Below are positions 9,389-20,580 of a DNA stretch of 64,000 nucleotides, one piece after another. Position 1 is the first letter of the stretch. Every line of letters begins with the position of its first letter. Origin of the DNA: Candidatus Latescibacterota bacterium. Lineage in GTDB: Bacteria > Latescibacterota > UBA2968 > GCA-2709665. A program made the translations under genes and the position numbers. Below the pieces are notes generated by a model. That model worked only from the letters and a program-made list of their open reading frames with translations, did not search any database and had not been told where the DNA came from. The DNA is taken from contig CAXXJS010000051.1 of the NCBI GenBank assembly GCA_963662665.2, forward strand, positions 19,222 to 83,221, given 5' to 3'.

Positions 9389-12300
9389 CCGCGCCCGCCT
9401 CCAATCCGCCCTACGTCCCCCTCTGGTGCAAGAGCAACTATTCCTTTCTTGAAGGCGCCAGCCATCCCGAGGAGCTGGTCGAGGCCTGCCGGCAGAACGG
9501 CCTTCCCGCCATGGCGCTCACCGACCGGAACGGCGTGTACGGGATCATGAGGGCTCAGGTTCAGGCCCGCCAGGCGGGCATTCGCCTGATCGCAGGATCG
9601 CAGATCGGCCTCCAGGACGGATCGGAGATCCTGTTGCTGGCCCGAACCCGGAAGGGCTACGGCAATCTCTGCCGCCTGCTGACCGACGGGCATCTGCGTT
9701 CTTCCAAAGGAACGTGTAAACTGGGCCTGGATGAAGTATGTCGCTGCAATCCCGGCCTGATCGCCCTGTGGATCGGACGGGACGGGACGGAAGCTCCCGC
9801 GGAGGACGGCCCGGAGCCCGTGCTGGAACAGCTCAAAGCGGCATTCGAAGACCGTCTGTACATTCTGTTGGCCAGACACCGTCGGGCGGAGGAGATTCTG
9901 CAGGAAATCCGGCTCCGGGAACTGGCGGACCGGTTGGGCCTTCCCACCGTGGCCGCCGTGGAGGTCCTCTATCACGCTCCCGAACGGCGCCGCCTGCAGG
10001 ACGTTCTCACCTGTATCCGGAAAGGCGTAACCCTGTCCACGGCGGGCCGTCACATCCAGCCGAACGACCAGCACGCCCTGCAGCGTCCGGACGATCTGGC
10101 CCGCCTGTTTATAGACGATCCGGAATCGGTCGGGCGAACCCGGGAAATTGCCGACCGCTGTTCCTTCTCGCTCCAGGAACTGCGCTACCGCTATCCACTG
10201 GAACGCGTGCCGGAAGGCAAAACCTCCATCCAGTACCTGCGCGACCGGACGTTCAAGGGAGCCGCCCGCCGGATGGGCGAAAAGTTCCAGGACCAGATTC
10301 CACAACTGGAAAAGGAACTCAAGCTGATCCAGGAACTGGAGTACGAAGGCTACTTCCTGACCATGTACGAAATCGTCGAGTACTGCCGCCGTCAAAAAAT
10401 CCTCTGCCAGGGCCGGGGGTCGGCGGCCAACTCGGCGGTGTGCTTCGCCCTGGGGATCACCAGCGTGGACCCCACCCAGGTGGAACTTCTCTTCGAACGC
10501 TTCCTGTCCAGGGAGAGGGCCGAGCCTCCGGATATCGACCTGGATATCGAACACAATCGCAGGGAAGAAGTGATCCAGCACATGTACGAGAAATACGGGC
10601 GCGACCGCGCCGCCATGGTGGCCAACGTGGTGCGTTACCGGTACCGGTCCGCCATCCGGGAAGTCGGCAAGGCGCTGGAGATTTCAGCAACCAGCCTGGA
10701 CCGCCTGGCCAAGCTGGTGTCCCATGAAAACTGGAACGACGCCTTCATTGCGCAGGCCGGGCTCGATCCCCGGAACCCGGCCCTGCGCCATCTCGCTTCC
10801 CTGGTGGAAGAGATCCAGGATTTTCCCCGCCATCTCTCCATACATCCCGGCGGCTTTCTGCTGGGCCATCGCCCCGTCCACGAACTGGTGCCCATCGAGA
10901 ACGCCGCGATGGACGGCAGAACGGTCATTCAATGGGACAAGGAGGACGTGGAGCAGGCCGGCCTGTTCAAGGTAGACCTGCTGGGGCTGGGCGCCCTCAC
11001 CCATCTGCATCTCTGCTTCGATCTCATGCGGCTGCACCGCGGACGGGAGATGTCTCTGGCCACCCTTCCCCGGGGCGATGCGGCGACCTTCGAAATGATC
11101 TGCCGCAGCGATACCGTGGGGGTGTTTCAGATCGAAAGCCGGGCGCAGATGGCCATGCTTGGGCGCCTCAAGCCGCGCAGTTATTACGACCTGGTCATCG
11201 AAATCAGCATTGTGCGTCCCGGACCCATCACGGGCGGCATGGTGCATCCCTATCTGCGACGGCGCAACGGGGACGAAGAAGTCGAGTATCCCCATCCTTC
11301 CCTCGTTCCCGTTCTCAAGAAAACCCTGGGCATTCCCCTGTTTCAGGAGCAGGTGATGCAACTGGCCATGGTTGCGGCCGACTACACCCCCGGCGAGGCC
11401 GATCAGCTCCGGCGGGATATGGCGGCGTGGCGGCGTTCCGGACGCATCGAGCGGCACCACCGCCGGCTCGTCACCCGCATGGTCAAAAAGGGCATCGAAC
11501 ACGAATTTGCCGAACGCATCTTCAATCAGATCCGCGGCTTCGGCGACTATGGCTTTCCCGAGAGCCACGCCGCCAGCTTTGCCCATATCGCCTATGCCAC
11601 CGCCTATCTCAAATGCCACTATCCGGCGGAGTTCGTCTGCGCCCTGCTGAATGCCCAGCCGATGGGGTTTTACGAGCCCGCCACCATCGTCAACGACGCC
11701 CGGAGGCACGGGATTGCCGTGCGCCCCGTCTGCCTGCGCGAGAGCCGCTGGGACTGCACCCTCGAACCGGTCCGGTCCGGCGCGTCGCCCGCTCCGTTCG
11801 CCGTGCGCATGGGGCTGCGTTACGTCAGCGGACTGGGCGATACGGACGGACGCCGGCTTGCGGCCGCCGCGAGGGAGCGCCCTTTTCAGGACCTCGAAGA
11901 CGTCGCCCGGCGGAGCGGGCTTCGCCAGGACAAGCTGGAGACCCTGGCCGAGGCGGGCGCCTTCGAGTGTTTCGGCCTGGACCGGCGCGGCGCGCTCTGG
12001 CAAGTTCACGGTAATGCAACCCCACAGAAGCCGGCGCTACCACTGAACAACCACGTTTCGCCGCCCCTGTTCCCTCCCCTGAGTGGGTTGGAGACCGTTG
12101 CCTGGGACCATCAGGCCGCCGACCACAGCACGCGGGGACACCTCCTGAAACCGCTGCGCTCCGCGCTGGCCGCCCTGAAACTGCCCACGGCGCGCCAGAT
12201 CAACCGGATGCGGGACGGATGCCGGGTCCGCTACGCGGGGATGGTTATCTGCCGCCAGCGCCCGGGAACCGCAAAAGGCGTCACCTTCATGACCCTGGAG

Positions 12301-12501
12301 GACGAGACGGGTTTTGTCAACCTGGTTATCTGGGAAAGGACGTTCAAGCGCTATTCCCTGCTGGCCAAAACGCTTTCCTGCATGGGCGTGACCGGGAAAC
12401 TGCAGGTGGGCGAGGGCGTAACCCACCTGGTGGTTGAAAAAATCTGGAAGCCGAATCTGGATACCGGGCCTGTCCACGCCAGGAGCCGGGATTTTCATTG
12501 A
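9385..12501 (+). CDS. dnaE2: Error-prone DNA polymerase DnaE2 (ImuC)
   Basis: PHP domain [39 protein letters not shown]-terminal SRDFH; ATG overlaps the imuB TGA. Confidence 0.95.
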   Translation: MTAPASNPPYVPLWCKSNYSFLEGASHPEELVEACRQNGLPAMALTDRNGVYGIMRAQVQARQAGIRLIAGSQIGLQDGSEILLLARTRKGYGNLCRLLTDGHLRSSKGTCKLGLDEVCRCNPGLIALWIGRDGTEAPAEDGPEPVLEQLKAAFEDRLYILLARHRRAEEILQEIRLRELADRLGLPTVAAVEVLYHAPERRRLQDVLTCIRKGVTLSTAGRHIQPNDQHALQRPDDLARLFIDDPESVGRTREIADRCSFSLQELRYRYPLERVPEGKTSIQYLRDRTFKGAARRMGEKFQDQIPQLEKELKLIQELEYEGYFLTMYEIVEYCRRQKILCQGRGSAANSAVCFALGITSVDPTQVELLFERFLSRERAEPPDIDLDIEHNRREEVIQHMYEKYGRDRAAMVANVVRYRYRSAIREVGKALEISATSLDRLAKLVSHENWNDAFIAQAGLDPRNPALRHLASLVEEIQDFPRHLSIHPGGFLLGHRPVHELVPIENAAMDGRTVIQWDKEDVEQAGLFKVDLLGLGALTHLHLCFDLMRLHRGREMSLATLPRGDAATFEMICRSDTVGVFQIESRAQMAMLGRLKPRSYYDLVIEISIVRPGPITGGMVHPYLRRRNGDEEVEYPHPSLVPVLKKTLGIPLFQEQVMQLAMVAADYTPGEADQLRRDMAAWRRSGRIERHHRRLVTRMVKKGIEHEFAERIFNQIRGFGDYGFPESHAASFAHIAYATAYLKCHYPAEFVCALLNAQPMGFYEPATIVNDARRHGIAVRPVCLRESRWDCTLEPVRSGASPAPFAVRMGLRYVSGLGDTDGRRLAAAARERPFQDLEDVARRSGLRQDKLETLAEAGAFECFGLDRRGALWQVHGNATPQKPALPLNNHVSPPLFPPLSGLETVAWDHQAADHSTRGHLLKPLRSALAALKLPTARQINRMRDGCRVRYAGMVICRQRPGTAKGVTFMTLEDETGFVNLVIWERTFKRYSLLAKTLSCMGVTGKLQVGEGVTHLVVEKIWKPNLDTGPVHARSRDFH

Positions 12502-12648
12502 CACCATTTCCCTGAAGGCCGAAATTGCACGTTCCGGTCAGAGGAACCCAGACCGCATCCCACCCCCCGGCCAGATGCGCCTTCCGCGCCCGAATCGCCA
12601 ACCCCGGGGCGTTGCCGGGCCGGCACGAGAACCAGAGGAGACGATCCC

Positions 12649-13335
12649 ATGTGCGGCCGATTCACCCAGATGATGACCTGGACGGAACTCCACGAGCTTT
12701 ACACCCTGGCAGAACCGCTCGCGCCGCCGGACCTGCAACCCCGCTACAACGGCGCGCCCACCCAGGACTTCTCGGTATGCCGGCTGGACGGGAACGGCGA
12801 CCGGGTGATCGCCAGGCTGCGCTGGGGCCTGGTTCCAAGGTGGGCCAAAGACGTCAGAATGGGCGCGCGTATGATCAACGCCCGATCCGAAACCGTCCAC
12901 GAAAAACCTGCATTCGGCGCCGCCTTCCGCTCTCGGCGGTGCCTGGTCCCCGCAAACGGCTGGTTCGAGTGGCAACGGGCCGGACACGGAAAACAGCCCT
13001 ACTTCCTGGTGCTCGCAAACGGATCGCCGCTGTCATTCGCCGGGCTGTGGGAACGCTGGGACAGAGGCGGCGAAGCCCTCGAGTCCTTCAGCATCATCAC
13101 CACCGACGCCGACGTGCCGCTATCGGACATCCACCATCGCCAACCCGCCATCATCAATCCCGAACACTTCTCAGCCTGGCTCGACACCGCGTCATCCGAG
13201 GACGCACTCCTCGACCTGGCCCGCGAACCCCGCGCGGGACCCTATGAAATCCGCGCCGTCAGCACCCGCGTGAACAGCGTCCGGAACGACGATCCGGACA
13301 TCCTCACGCCCATGTCCCAACAGCGGCTGTTCTAG
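12649..13335 (+). CDS. SOS response-associated peptidase (SRAP/YedK/HMCES family, abasic-site protection)
   Basis: N-terminal MCGRF, INARSET, RRCLVPANGWFEW, IHHRQPAII; GAGGAG RBS. Confidence 0.93.
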   Translation: MCGRFTQMMTWTELHELYTLAEPLAPPDLQPRYNGAPTQDFSVCRLDGNGDRVIARLRWGLVPRWAKDVRMGARMINARSETVHEKPAFGAAFRSRRCLVPANGWFEWQRAGHGKQPYFLVLANGSPLSFAGLWERWDRGGEALESFSIITTDADVPLSDIHHRQPAIINPEHFSAWLDTASSEDALLDLAREPRAGPYEIRAVSTRVNSVRNDDPDILTPMSQQRLF

Positions 13336-13492
13336 GCGGAAGGACGAATTGTGGTCAAGACCGGCCTTTATTCAAGTTTTCGGTTGACCAGACATATGGC
13401 CGGTCGTATATAGTGAAAGACTGGATACTGAGTCTTCCTGAAGATCCTTGAGGTACGGAATTCGAGACGGCCGTTGTTCTGAGAATATCCAT

Positions 13493-13807
13493 ATGGATGC
13501 TGAAATTAGAGCTCCTCTAGAGCAATTGGCGGCATTTTGCGAACGCTGGGGGGTCGTCGAACTGGCGTTGTTCGGCTCTGGGTTAGGCGGCGAACACGGT
13601 CCCGAAAGCGATGTCGATTTGCTTATTAGCTTCGATAAAAAGGCGCGGCCAACACTCCTGGACATGGTTCGCATGGAGGATGAATTGACCGAATTGTTCG
13701 GTCGACCGGCCGACCTGTTAGAACGAGACGCTGTAGAGGCCAGCGACAACTATATTCGCCGCAAAGCGATCCTTGCTTCGGCGGAGACGATTTATGCGGC
13801 GAAGTGA
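13493..13807 (+). CDS. Minimal nucleotidyltransferase (MNT) antitoxin
   Basis: LFGSGLGGEHGPESDVDLLI motif; overlaps the start of a HEPN gene. Confidence 0.85.
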   Translation: MDAEIRAPLEQLAAFCERWGVVELALFGSGLGGEHGPESDVDLLISFDKKARPTLLDMVRMEDELTELFGRPADLLERDAVEASDNYIRRKAILASAETIYAAK

Positions 13808-13985
13808 AGCCTACTTGCTGGATATGTTGATCAACGCACGCAAAGCCGTCAAATTCGCCTCCGGACTGTCGTACGAAAAATTCACACAGAGCGACCTTCA
13901 CCAAAACGCAATCTTCACGTAGATCGAAATCATCCGACGTATCGTCACACGATCCCACCACCCTCGTCTCTGACCTGAAAATCCT
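13794..13985 (+). pseudogene. HEPN (DUF86/HepT-like) toxin remnant
   Basis: MRRSEAYLLDMLINARKAVKFASGLSYEKFTQSDLHQNAIFT, then TAG at 13920 and IEII. The central part carrying the RxxxxH motif is missing. Confidence 0.75.
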
Positions 13986-14087
13986 AAGCCGGAGACTCGC
14001 CCAACGCGATCCCGCGATGCGCTTCACTCGGCACCTGTAGATTCCTTCTCACCCAAGCTCCTGCCGAATCCTGACGGTGGCCCTGTC

Positions 14088-14648
14088 ATGTCCCTCCCAC
14101 GACCTCGGTTTACGCAAGAATCGTTGAGAATCTTCGTGCGTACGGCAATAATCTTCTGCATATGTACGGACACGTGCCTTGCCTACCGGCTCGTCGGATC
14201 TGAATCTTTGTCGGACGCCCTCGTCGCCCATCACTATACCATCAATGACAGGCTCGACGTCGTCATCGTGGTGGACCCGACGATGCCCACCTTCGAGTAT
14301 CAGACGTTCTACGCCATGGGTTACGCGGATGAACCCGAACATGAACAGGGAAAACTGCACTTCCTCGAACATTTAATCGGTGGTCCCGGTAGCCGCCCTC
14401 CGGGAGACCTCGAACAGCTAATCGCACGCAACGGCGGACAGAGTTCTGCCTCCACGTCGCTGAACATGACCGACTTTACACTGAGGTTTCCCAAGGGCAA
14501 ATTCGCACTTGCCGTTGAGATAGACCGGGAGAGACTTTGCGATACTCTGATTGATCAGGATAGTATCGAAAGAGAACGACAAGTGATACTTACAGAACTC
14601 AGCTTAAGAAGTGCAAATGAGTGGACCAGGTTTACCAATCAGTTCTAG
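14088..14648 (+). pseudogene. M16 (insulinase-family) zinc peptidase, N-terminal fragment
   Basis: HFLEHL (HxxEH), NGGQSSASTS, ERERQVILTE; ends at the IS insertion site. Confidence 0.8.
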
Positions 14649-16346
14649 CCTGACCTATTCATGAATCGTCAGGGATTGCAGATTCGTGCAGCAGAAGCAG
14701 CTTTCGAGTGAGTCTAAGAACGCAGGAGAAAGCTGGCTGTGCGGAACTGGCGTTTTCAAGCGATTTCAGGGTGTATTTTTGTAGCAGGGTTGCGTGGAGG
14801 CGTCAGGATGACCTTGTTGTGACTGCCAAGAGCACAGACTTCTCCATGGCTTTTGGTGGTAGCAATCAAGACGTGAAGGCGGCCTGTTCCAGATGGAAAC
14901 GTTATGGCATGGCGGTTCCCAGATTGTAGAGCATGGTTCGATAGAGGTGTTTGAGTGGAAACGCCGTTGGCAGATGGAACGTGATTTTGGTTTTCAGTTC
15001 ACAAACGCGCCCGGCGACTTTCAAGATGCGGTTTTGCAGCGTATTAAACTGGGCGTTCGTCCACGTGGTGCCGCGCAACCCGATATGGGCCAGGGCGTGC
15101 ACCAACACATAGGCGGCGCTGTGGAGAAAGAGCCGGAAGTGATTGGCGTGGAAGGTGTGGCAAGAGGTGCGATCGGAATGCAGAAAGGTCTTGTGATTCT
15201 TGATGAAGTTTTCCATCCTGCCGCGTGAGCAATAAGCGGTTTTGTAGATGAATGACGGTTGTGCGCCGTTCAGGTTGGTGACCACGAATCGGATATTGTG
15301 ACCTTGCGGGGTGACTTCTGCCTTGCAGATGATGCGGCGTGGGGAAGACCAGCTGCCGGCCTGATAGTCCCAACAGCGATACAGGCGCACAGGTTTTCCC
15401 CCATCGGCATACAGCGCTTTGGCCTGGTCCATCAAGGGCTGTGCCAACCGCAGCAGCACCGCGTTTCCGCCTTGTCCGAGGATAAAAAACACATCGTTTT
15501 CGTCACACATCGTGTGCACTTCCGGACACGAAAAGTGTGAATCGCCACGCAACAGGATCTTGACATCGGGCCATGCTTTACGCAGGTAGGCGATCACCCG
15601 TTTGAGAATCGACACGATCTCTTTGCCCGTGGGTCGGCGGCCCGGACGCAAGACCGTCGTGATCAACTTGCCGGTTTGCCCTTCATAGATATGCAGGGGT
15701 TGGTAGCAATAGCCCTTGAAATACGCATTGAATAACGACAACTGCTGGGATCCATACACCTTGTCTTCCGTGTCATCGATATCCAACAGAATGGCTTCAG
15801 GGGGGTGCTTATACGAGGCGATAAACGCATCGGCAAAGGCCTTCGCGATACGATATAAGTCACCTCTGGTGATCCGGTTCTCGAACCGACTCATCGTGGG
15901 TTGACTGGCCAGGTTGGCACCGGTGACCGGCAACCGATCGCAGGCCGCCTTGAAGCCGGGGTCACTACGCAACGCATTGCAGTCGTTCGCATCCTCATAC
16001 CCACACGCCATCTGAAAGACACGCTGAGTCAGCAGGTCCACCGACGGGTGATCCACGTAACTTGGATGCCGACGATCTGTTATCGCCTCGACGATCCGAC
16101 ACAAAATGCCGATTCTGGATTCCACCTCGCGAAGCAGCATCGCCCCGGTGTCGCTGGTCAGCATGCCCCCGTCGAAGGTGGCTTCTACCCGTTTGCCAGA
16201 AACACTTGCGAAAGACATCCTTTGTTGTTTATCTTGACCTGCCACGGTAGTTTCCTCCCGGTTCATTGTTATCAGGTTATTCTCGTAACCATAATATAAT
16301 ACAATGACTTGGGTAAGGAAACTACCTTTTTTGTGAATTATTCAGA
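14649..16346 (-). mobile_element. IS1380-family insertion sequence (1698 bp) with CTAG target duplication
   Basis: Ends CCTGACCTATTCATGA and (reverse complement) TCTGAATAATTCACAA; CTAG at 14645-14648 and 16347-16350; lower GC than the flanks. Confidence 0.9.
14902..16266 (-). CDS. IS1380-family DDE transposase
   Basis: FDGGMLTSDTG, GYEDANDC, LASQPTMSRFEN, LDIDDT, LRGDSHF, RGRMENFIK. Confidence 0.93.
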   Translation of the reverse strand: MNREETTVAGQDKQQRMSFASVSGKRVEATFDGGMLTSDTGAMLLREVESRIGILCRIVEAITDRRHPSYVDHPSVDLLTQRVFQMACGYEDANDCNALRSDPGFKAACDRLPVTGANLASQPTMSRFENRITRGDLYRIAKAFADAFIASYKHPPEAILLDIDDTEDKVYGSQQLSLFNAYFKGYCYQPLHIYEGQTGKLITTVLRPGRRPTGKEIVSILKRVIAYLRKAWPDVKILLRGDSHFSCPEVHTMCDENDVFFILGQGGNAVLLRLAQPLMDQAKALYADGGKPVRLYRCWDYQAGSWSSPRRIICKAEVTPQGHNIRFVVTNLNGAQPSFIYKTAYCSRGRMENFIKNHKTFLHSDRTSCHTFHANHFRLFLHSAAYVLVHALAHIGLRGTTWTNAQFNTLQNRILKVAGRVCELKTKITFHLPTAFPLKHLYRTMLYNLGTAMP

Positions 16347-16350
16347 CTAG

Positions 16351-16940
16351 GGATTGATTTACGGAAGGGAAAACTTCGGTGGGGTACTCTCGGTGAAGAT
16401 AACTTTGTTCCCAGCATGGTATCCTCGACGCTGGGGAGCATTCCCCGATAGGGGATGCTCTATGAATATCTGAGAGTCGAGATAGGGCTGGTTTACAGTA
16501 CCTCCTGTACTTTTTCGAGGACGGGCAATATCAAATTCCTTGAGATTCTCGCGGATCCGCGAGTCGAATATAGTGAGGCTCTCATAACGCAGATGTCCGA
16601 GTTCATTCCGGGACTTGCAGACAATCCTCGCTTCTGGAAGACCATTGCAGAGTTGCGCGATAACCGTGACTTTGCCGACGCCGATTTGCACGAGAAAATG
16701 ACACCAAAGCATTATCTCGATGATGCGGTCGACGGCGCCCTCTTCAACTTTCCGAGCCGCGAAGACGGCATCAGATCCGTCACCGACGCTGAGATACGGT
16801 CGTTTCTTCAGGAATACTTCGTGAAAGAAAATATGGTTATGATGCTATTCGGACCGAAGGACCACATCATCGAAATCCTGGAGAAACACTGGCCTGACAT
16901 GACCATTCACGTGCAGCCCGTAGAGAAGGCCATCGAATAG
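16351..16940 (+). pseudogene. M16 peptidase C-terminal fragment
   Basis: STLGSIPR*GMLYEYLRVEIGLVYS and IRSVTDAEIRSFLQEYF match the M16 C-domain pattern; internal TAG at 16449. Confidence 0.65.
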
Positions 16941-16959
16941 GCGCCCCCCCAACCCACCA

Positions 16960-18342
16960 ATGAGCCGCCCCCATTCGCCCCCCGACTCCGATCCCACCCC
17001 CACCGGACAGGCGCAGGTCCTGCGCCAGGTCTGGACCATCGCATGGCCGGTTGTCGTAGCATCGATGCTGGACGCCATGGAGGGGCTTGTGGACATCTCG
17101 ATGGTGGGACAACTGGGACCGGCCGCGATCTCCGCCGTAGGACTCAGCCGGCAAATCCTGTTCGTGATCATGGTCATGGCAATATCGGTCAGCACCGGGT
17201 CCCGGACGCTGGTCGCGCAATTCTACGGTGCGGGCAGACACGGCGACCTCAGCCAAACGGCCCAGCAGGCAATCCTTATGGGAATTCTGCTTTCGGGGGG
17301 GCTGGCTCTCGTGGGGAGCACGATCGCGCGGCCGGCGCTGGTCCTGCTGGGCGCGCAGGAGGACGTACTCGTCCACGCCGTGCCGTTCATGCGCGTCTAC
17401 TTCGCCGGCATCGTCTTCATGATGCCTAACTACATCATCGGAGGAATATTCGGCGGCGCGGGGGATACCCGGACGCCATTGAAGATTTCCTGTCTCATCA
17501 TCTGTCTGAAAATTCCGCTCTCCTACGGTCTGATCTTCGGGGCGTGGGGACTGCCCCAACTGGGCGTGACCGGCGCGGCGCTCGGCAGTGTCGTCTGCCG
17601 GGCGGTCGGCTGCGCCGTCGGCGTGTACCTGCTTACGTCCGGACGCACTCGGGTGCATATGCGGTGGAACTGGCGGCTTCCGTTCAACCGGGACATTATC
17701 GGTCGGATGATGCGCATTGGCGTGCCTACGGGGGTGCAGGGTTTCTTCCGCAATGGCGCAAGGATTCTGATCTATCGCGTGGTGGGATGGACGAGCCGGC
17801 CCACCGCGGCAACGGCCGCGCTGACCATCGGTTTGCAGATGCGAATGATCGGCATCATGCCGGCCCTGGCGTTTTCCGTGGCGGCAACCGCGCTGGTCGG
17901 TCAGAGGCTGGGCGCAAAGCAGATCGGCGAAGCCGAGCGCTTCGCCGCAAACACGATCCGGCTGTGCATGACGTTCATCACCGTCTGCGCCGTCCTCATC
18001 TGCGTCTTCGCGCGGGACATCGTCGACCTGTTCACGGACTCCGCGGCGGTGATCGAAATGGGATACGTGATGCTCCTGTATTTTACAGCCGCCCAGGTCT
18101 TCTCCGCGTTGTCCATCGTGGCCGGGGGCGTCCTTGCCGGCGGCGGTGAGACCAGACCCCTGCTCTACTATACTATTGTGGCGCAATGGCTGGTTATGCT
18201 GCCGCTCTCCTACGTCCTGGCGTTCCTTTTGGATTTGGACGTCGCGGGCATCTGGATCGCATGGTTTATCGGCGGAGCCGCGCAGGGCGTTATGGCCTGG
18301 GTGCGTTATCGCAAGGGCGTGTGGAAACAGACGGTGATATAG
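16960..18342 (+). CDS. MATE-family efflux transporter
   Basis: IAWP, VDISMVGQLG, GAGDTRTPL, PQLGVTGAALGS, VGQRLGA; about 12 TM segments. Confidence 0.93.
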   Translation: MSRPHSPPDSDPTPTGQAQVLRQVWTIAWPVVVASMLDAMEGLVDISMVGQLGPAAISAVGLSRQILFVIMVMAISVSTGSRTLVAQFYGAGRHGDLSQTAQQAILMGILLSGGLALVGSTIARPALVLLGAQEDVLVHAVPFMRVYFAGIVFMMPNYIIGGIFGGAGDTRTPLKISCLIICLKIPLSYGLIFGAWGLPQLGVTGAALGSVVCRAVGCAVGVYLLTSGRTRVHMRWNWRLPFNRDIIGRMMRIGVPTGVQGFFRNGARILIYRVVGWTSRPTAATAALTIGLQMRMIGIMPALAFSVAATALVGQRLGAKQIGEAERFAANTIRLCMTFITVCAVLICVFARDIVDLFTDSAAVIEMGYVMLLYFTAAQVFSALSIVAGGVLAGGGETRPLLYYTIVAQWLVMLPLSYVLAFLLDLDVAGIWIAWFIGGAAQGVMAWVRYRKGVWKQTVI

Positions 18343-18388
18343 GACCGGTGCGGAGCGGCAAGGGTAGATGATGTGGCTGAACAAAGAA

Positions 18389-18413
18389 GGGCGCCCACAA
18401 GGGACGCCCCTAC
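18389..18413 (-). repeat. GTAG-type REP element
   Basis: Minus strand reads GTAG-GGGCGTCCCTTGTGGGCGCCC (GTAG plus imperfect palindrome), between convergent genes. Confidence 0.7.
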
Positions 18414-18458
18414 ACGGCCAGGATAGTGATTTGGTACCGTAAACGCGGTGGTGACCTC

Positions 18459-18998
18459 CTACTCGCGAAGCTGCTTCATCTTACGCCCCATCTCGCTGAT
18501 GCCCGGGGCGTTGCCAACCTGCAGGTAGAACCGGTGTGCCTCTTCGAAGGTGTGCAGCGCCTCCCTGCGCTTGCCCACGCGCTCAAGAAGCATAGCGAAG
18601 CCCCGGAGCGCATTTGCGAGTGAGTGCGTGGGTTTCGGGTCGAGACTTCGGTACGTCCGGATTGCCGACCTGTAGTCGCGCACCGCGCCTTCCCAGTCAC
18701 CAAGATCACGGCGGACGTCGGCGACGTGGCGGAGCGAGTGGGCCGCCTTTTCGACATGGTTTCCGGCCACGTAGTGGTTGTGCCCTTCCTGGTAAAAGTG
18801 GAGGGCTCCCTCCCTGTTCCCCTTGTCCCTATCAAACTGCCCGTAGACGTGCGCCACCCGTCCCAGGGATTCGTGGTCGTCTTCCCGGCACAGTCCTGCC
18901 GCCTCGTCCACCAGCCGTTTGCCCCGCTCGTAATCCGATTCCCCCCTCGTTCTCCAGGCCTCGTCCAGCAACTGCGTGATCTTCTGTTTAATTGACAT
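18459..18998 (-). CDS. Tetratricopeptide repeat protein
   Basis: Helical TPR-like repeats (AHSLRHVADVRRDLG.WEGA, ANALRGFAMLLERVG); AGGA RBS. Confidence 0.8.
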   Translation of the reverse strand: MSIKQKITQLLDEAWRTRGESDYERGKRLVDEAAGLCREDDHESLGRVAHVYGQFDRDKGNREGALHFYQEGHNHYVAGNHVEKAAHSLRHVADVRRDLGDWEGAVRDYRSAIRTYRSLDPKPTHSLANALRGFAMLLERVGKRREALHTFEEAHRFYLQVGNAPGISEMGRKMKQLRE

Positions 18999-19088
18999 CC
19001 CGTTCCTTTCTTCCGGACGAGTGGTAACCGGACGAGAATGTACAGCATCGGGCTCGAGGCGTTTGATTTTACCCTTCAGCGGGCTCGA

Positions 19089-19835
19089 TCATGGCTTCTT
19101 TGGCGTATAGAACAGCAGGGTTCCGATCCGGACGTATCCGACTGAGGAATACAACAACGCGCCGGTGTGAGTCGCGGTCAGGACGGCCAGTTCCGAACCG
19201 TGCGACCGGTCGTCACGGAGCATTCTGCACATCAGCGCCTTTCCAATACCCCGACGCCGGGCGGCGGGCGCCACGTGCATGTTCGAACACCACGTTGCCG
19301 AGTCCACGACGATGCTCTGAACCCACCCCACAGGCTGGTCGTTTTCGAGCGCGACGTATTGCCTCAGCGGAGCGTCCGGTAAAAGGTGCTCCGGCAGAAT
19401 CTGCCTGATCCGCGTTGTCTTGTTCAATCGGTCCGCCGATTCGGCGGTCAGAACACGTTCGATAAGCAATGGGTCCACCACGCGTGGGATACGCAGCAGC
19501 CGATGCACCATGACCGGTTCGGTTGAATTCAGACGATAATTGAGCGCTTTGAAGTCGGCCCGTATACCGGCGTCGGATTCACCCTCAGCGCAGATCGCGC
19601 AGATGCCGAACTGTCCGCGGGTGTTCTCTTTTGCCACTCTGTCGATCTCGCCGGCATCCATCCCATGGGCGATCCATTCCTCGCGACGGTACGGACCGCG
19701 TTTTCTGGGCGCGTCCCGAACCACCCAGATCGGGCCCTCCCGACTTGCCAGATAGGGATGCGTAAAACTCCTTGTAAAGCTGAAGCCGCGGGCGAAAACC
19801 TCCAGCGCCCACTGCATGAGCGCGTTATCGGGCAT
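19089..19835 (-). CDS. GNAT-family N-acetyltransferase
   Basis: VAPAARRRGIGKALM acetyl-CoA motif, ATHTGALLYSSVGY; GGAGAG RBS before ATG 19835. Confidence 0.85.
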   Translation of the reverse strand: MPDNALMQWALEVFARGFSFTRSFTHPYLASREGPIWVVRDAPRKRGPYRREEWIAHGMDAGEIDRVAKENTRGQFGICAICAEGESDAGIRADFKALNYRLNSTEPVMVHRLLRIPRVVDPLLIERVLTAESADRLNKTTRIRQILPEHLLPDAPLRQYVALENDQPVGWVQSIVVDSATWCSNMHVAPAARRRGIGKALMCRMLRDDRSHGSELAVLTATHTGALLYSSVGYVRIGTLLFYTPKKP

Positions 19836-20004
19836 GGTATTCTCTCTCCCCTGAATCGCCATGAGCCTGAAAGACCGGACGTCCGTTTTGCGCGAAAATT
19901 CAACTGGACAGGAGGCGAAGCGCCTCATAGTTTTCGAAGACCGCCGAGACGGTCCTGTTTCAAGACCTCCGGAAAGTTCGACTTCCAACGCGATCGAACA
20001 TCCC

Positions 20005-20538
20005 ATGCAAAATACACCTCTGTCGCCCCCTCGGAAATTCCAATCGCCCCCGGTTCGGCTGGATTTTCCACCGTTCGGATCGGGCGACCGTATCGGCGTC
20101 ATCTCCGACTCCCACGGACTCATCAGGCCAGAGGTACTGGAACTGCTGCGAGGCGTCCGGGCGATCATCCACGCCGGGGACGTTGGAAAGATCACGGTAC
20201 TTGAGCAATTGGAACCGATCGCGCCGGTGTACGCGGTCCGCGGAAACGTGGACCTGGTTCCGCCCTGCAGCGACCTGCCCGAACAACTTGCGTTGACCGC
20301 CGGCAGGCACGTGATTCTCGTGACGCACATCCTCGAAGAAGCGGACGTCGCGGGCTTTGATCTCCTGGTGTGCGGGCATTCTCACATACCGAAGATTGGC
20401 ACGTATGGATCGACTGTCTGCCTGAATCCGGGCAGCATCGGTCCAAGGCGTTTTCGGCTTCCGGTCTCGATGGGTTTCATCACTGTTTCTTCCGACGGCG
20501 CGCTGGTTCCGGAACTTGATACCGTGGAGATAGAATAG
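20005..20538 (+). CDS. YfcE/MJ0936-family metallophosphoesterase
   Basis: ISDSH, HAGD, VRGNVD, GHSHIP, LNPGS; start uncertain. Confidence 0.9.
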   Translation: MQNTPLSPPRKFQSPPVRLDFPPFGSGDRIGVISDSHGLIRPEVLELLRGVRAIIHAGDVGKITVLEQLEPIAPVYAVRGNVDLVPPCSDLPEQLALTAGRHVILVTHILEEADVAGFDLLVCGHSHIPKIGTYGSTVCLNPGSIGPRRFRLPVSMGFITVSSDGALVPELDTVEIE

Positions 20539-20580
20539 TCGTGCGGCGGACGAGTTGATTCCAGCACGAGGACTCCTCAA

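Noticed and set aside
13920-16451. Three in-frame TAG codons suggesting amber recoding or pyrrolysine
   Set aside because: Many intact genes here end in TAG (4311, 7045, 13335, 18342), and the affected genes also show deletions and frame changes; no pyl genes are seen.
19836-20330. N-terminal extension of the GNAT ORF to 20330
   Set aside because: It overlaps the divergent phosphoesterase gene; an RBS supports the start at 19835.
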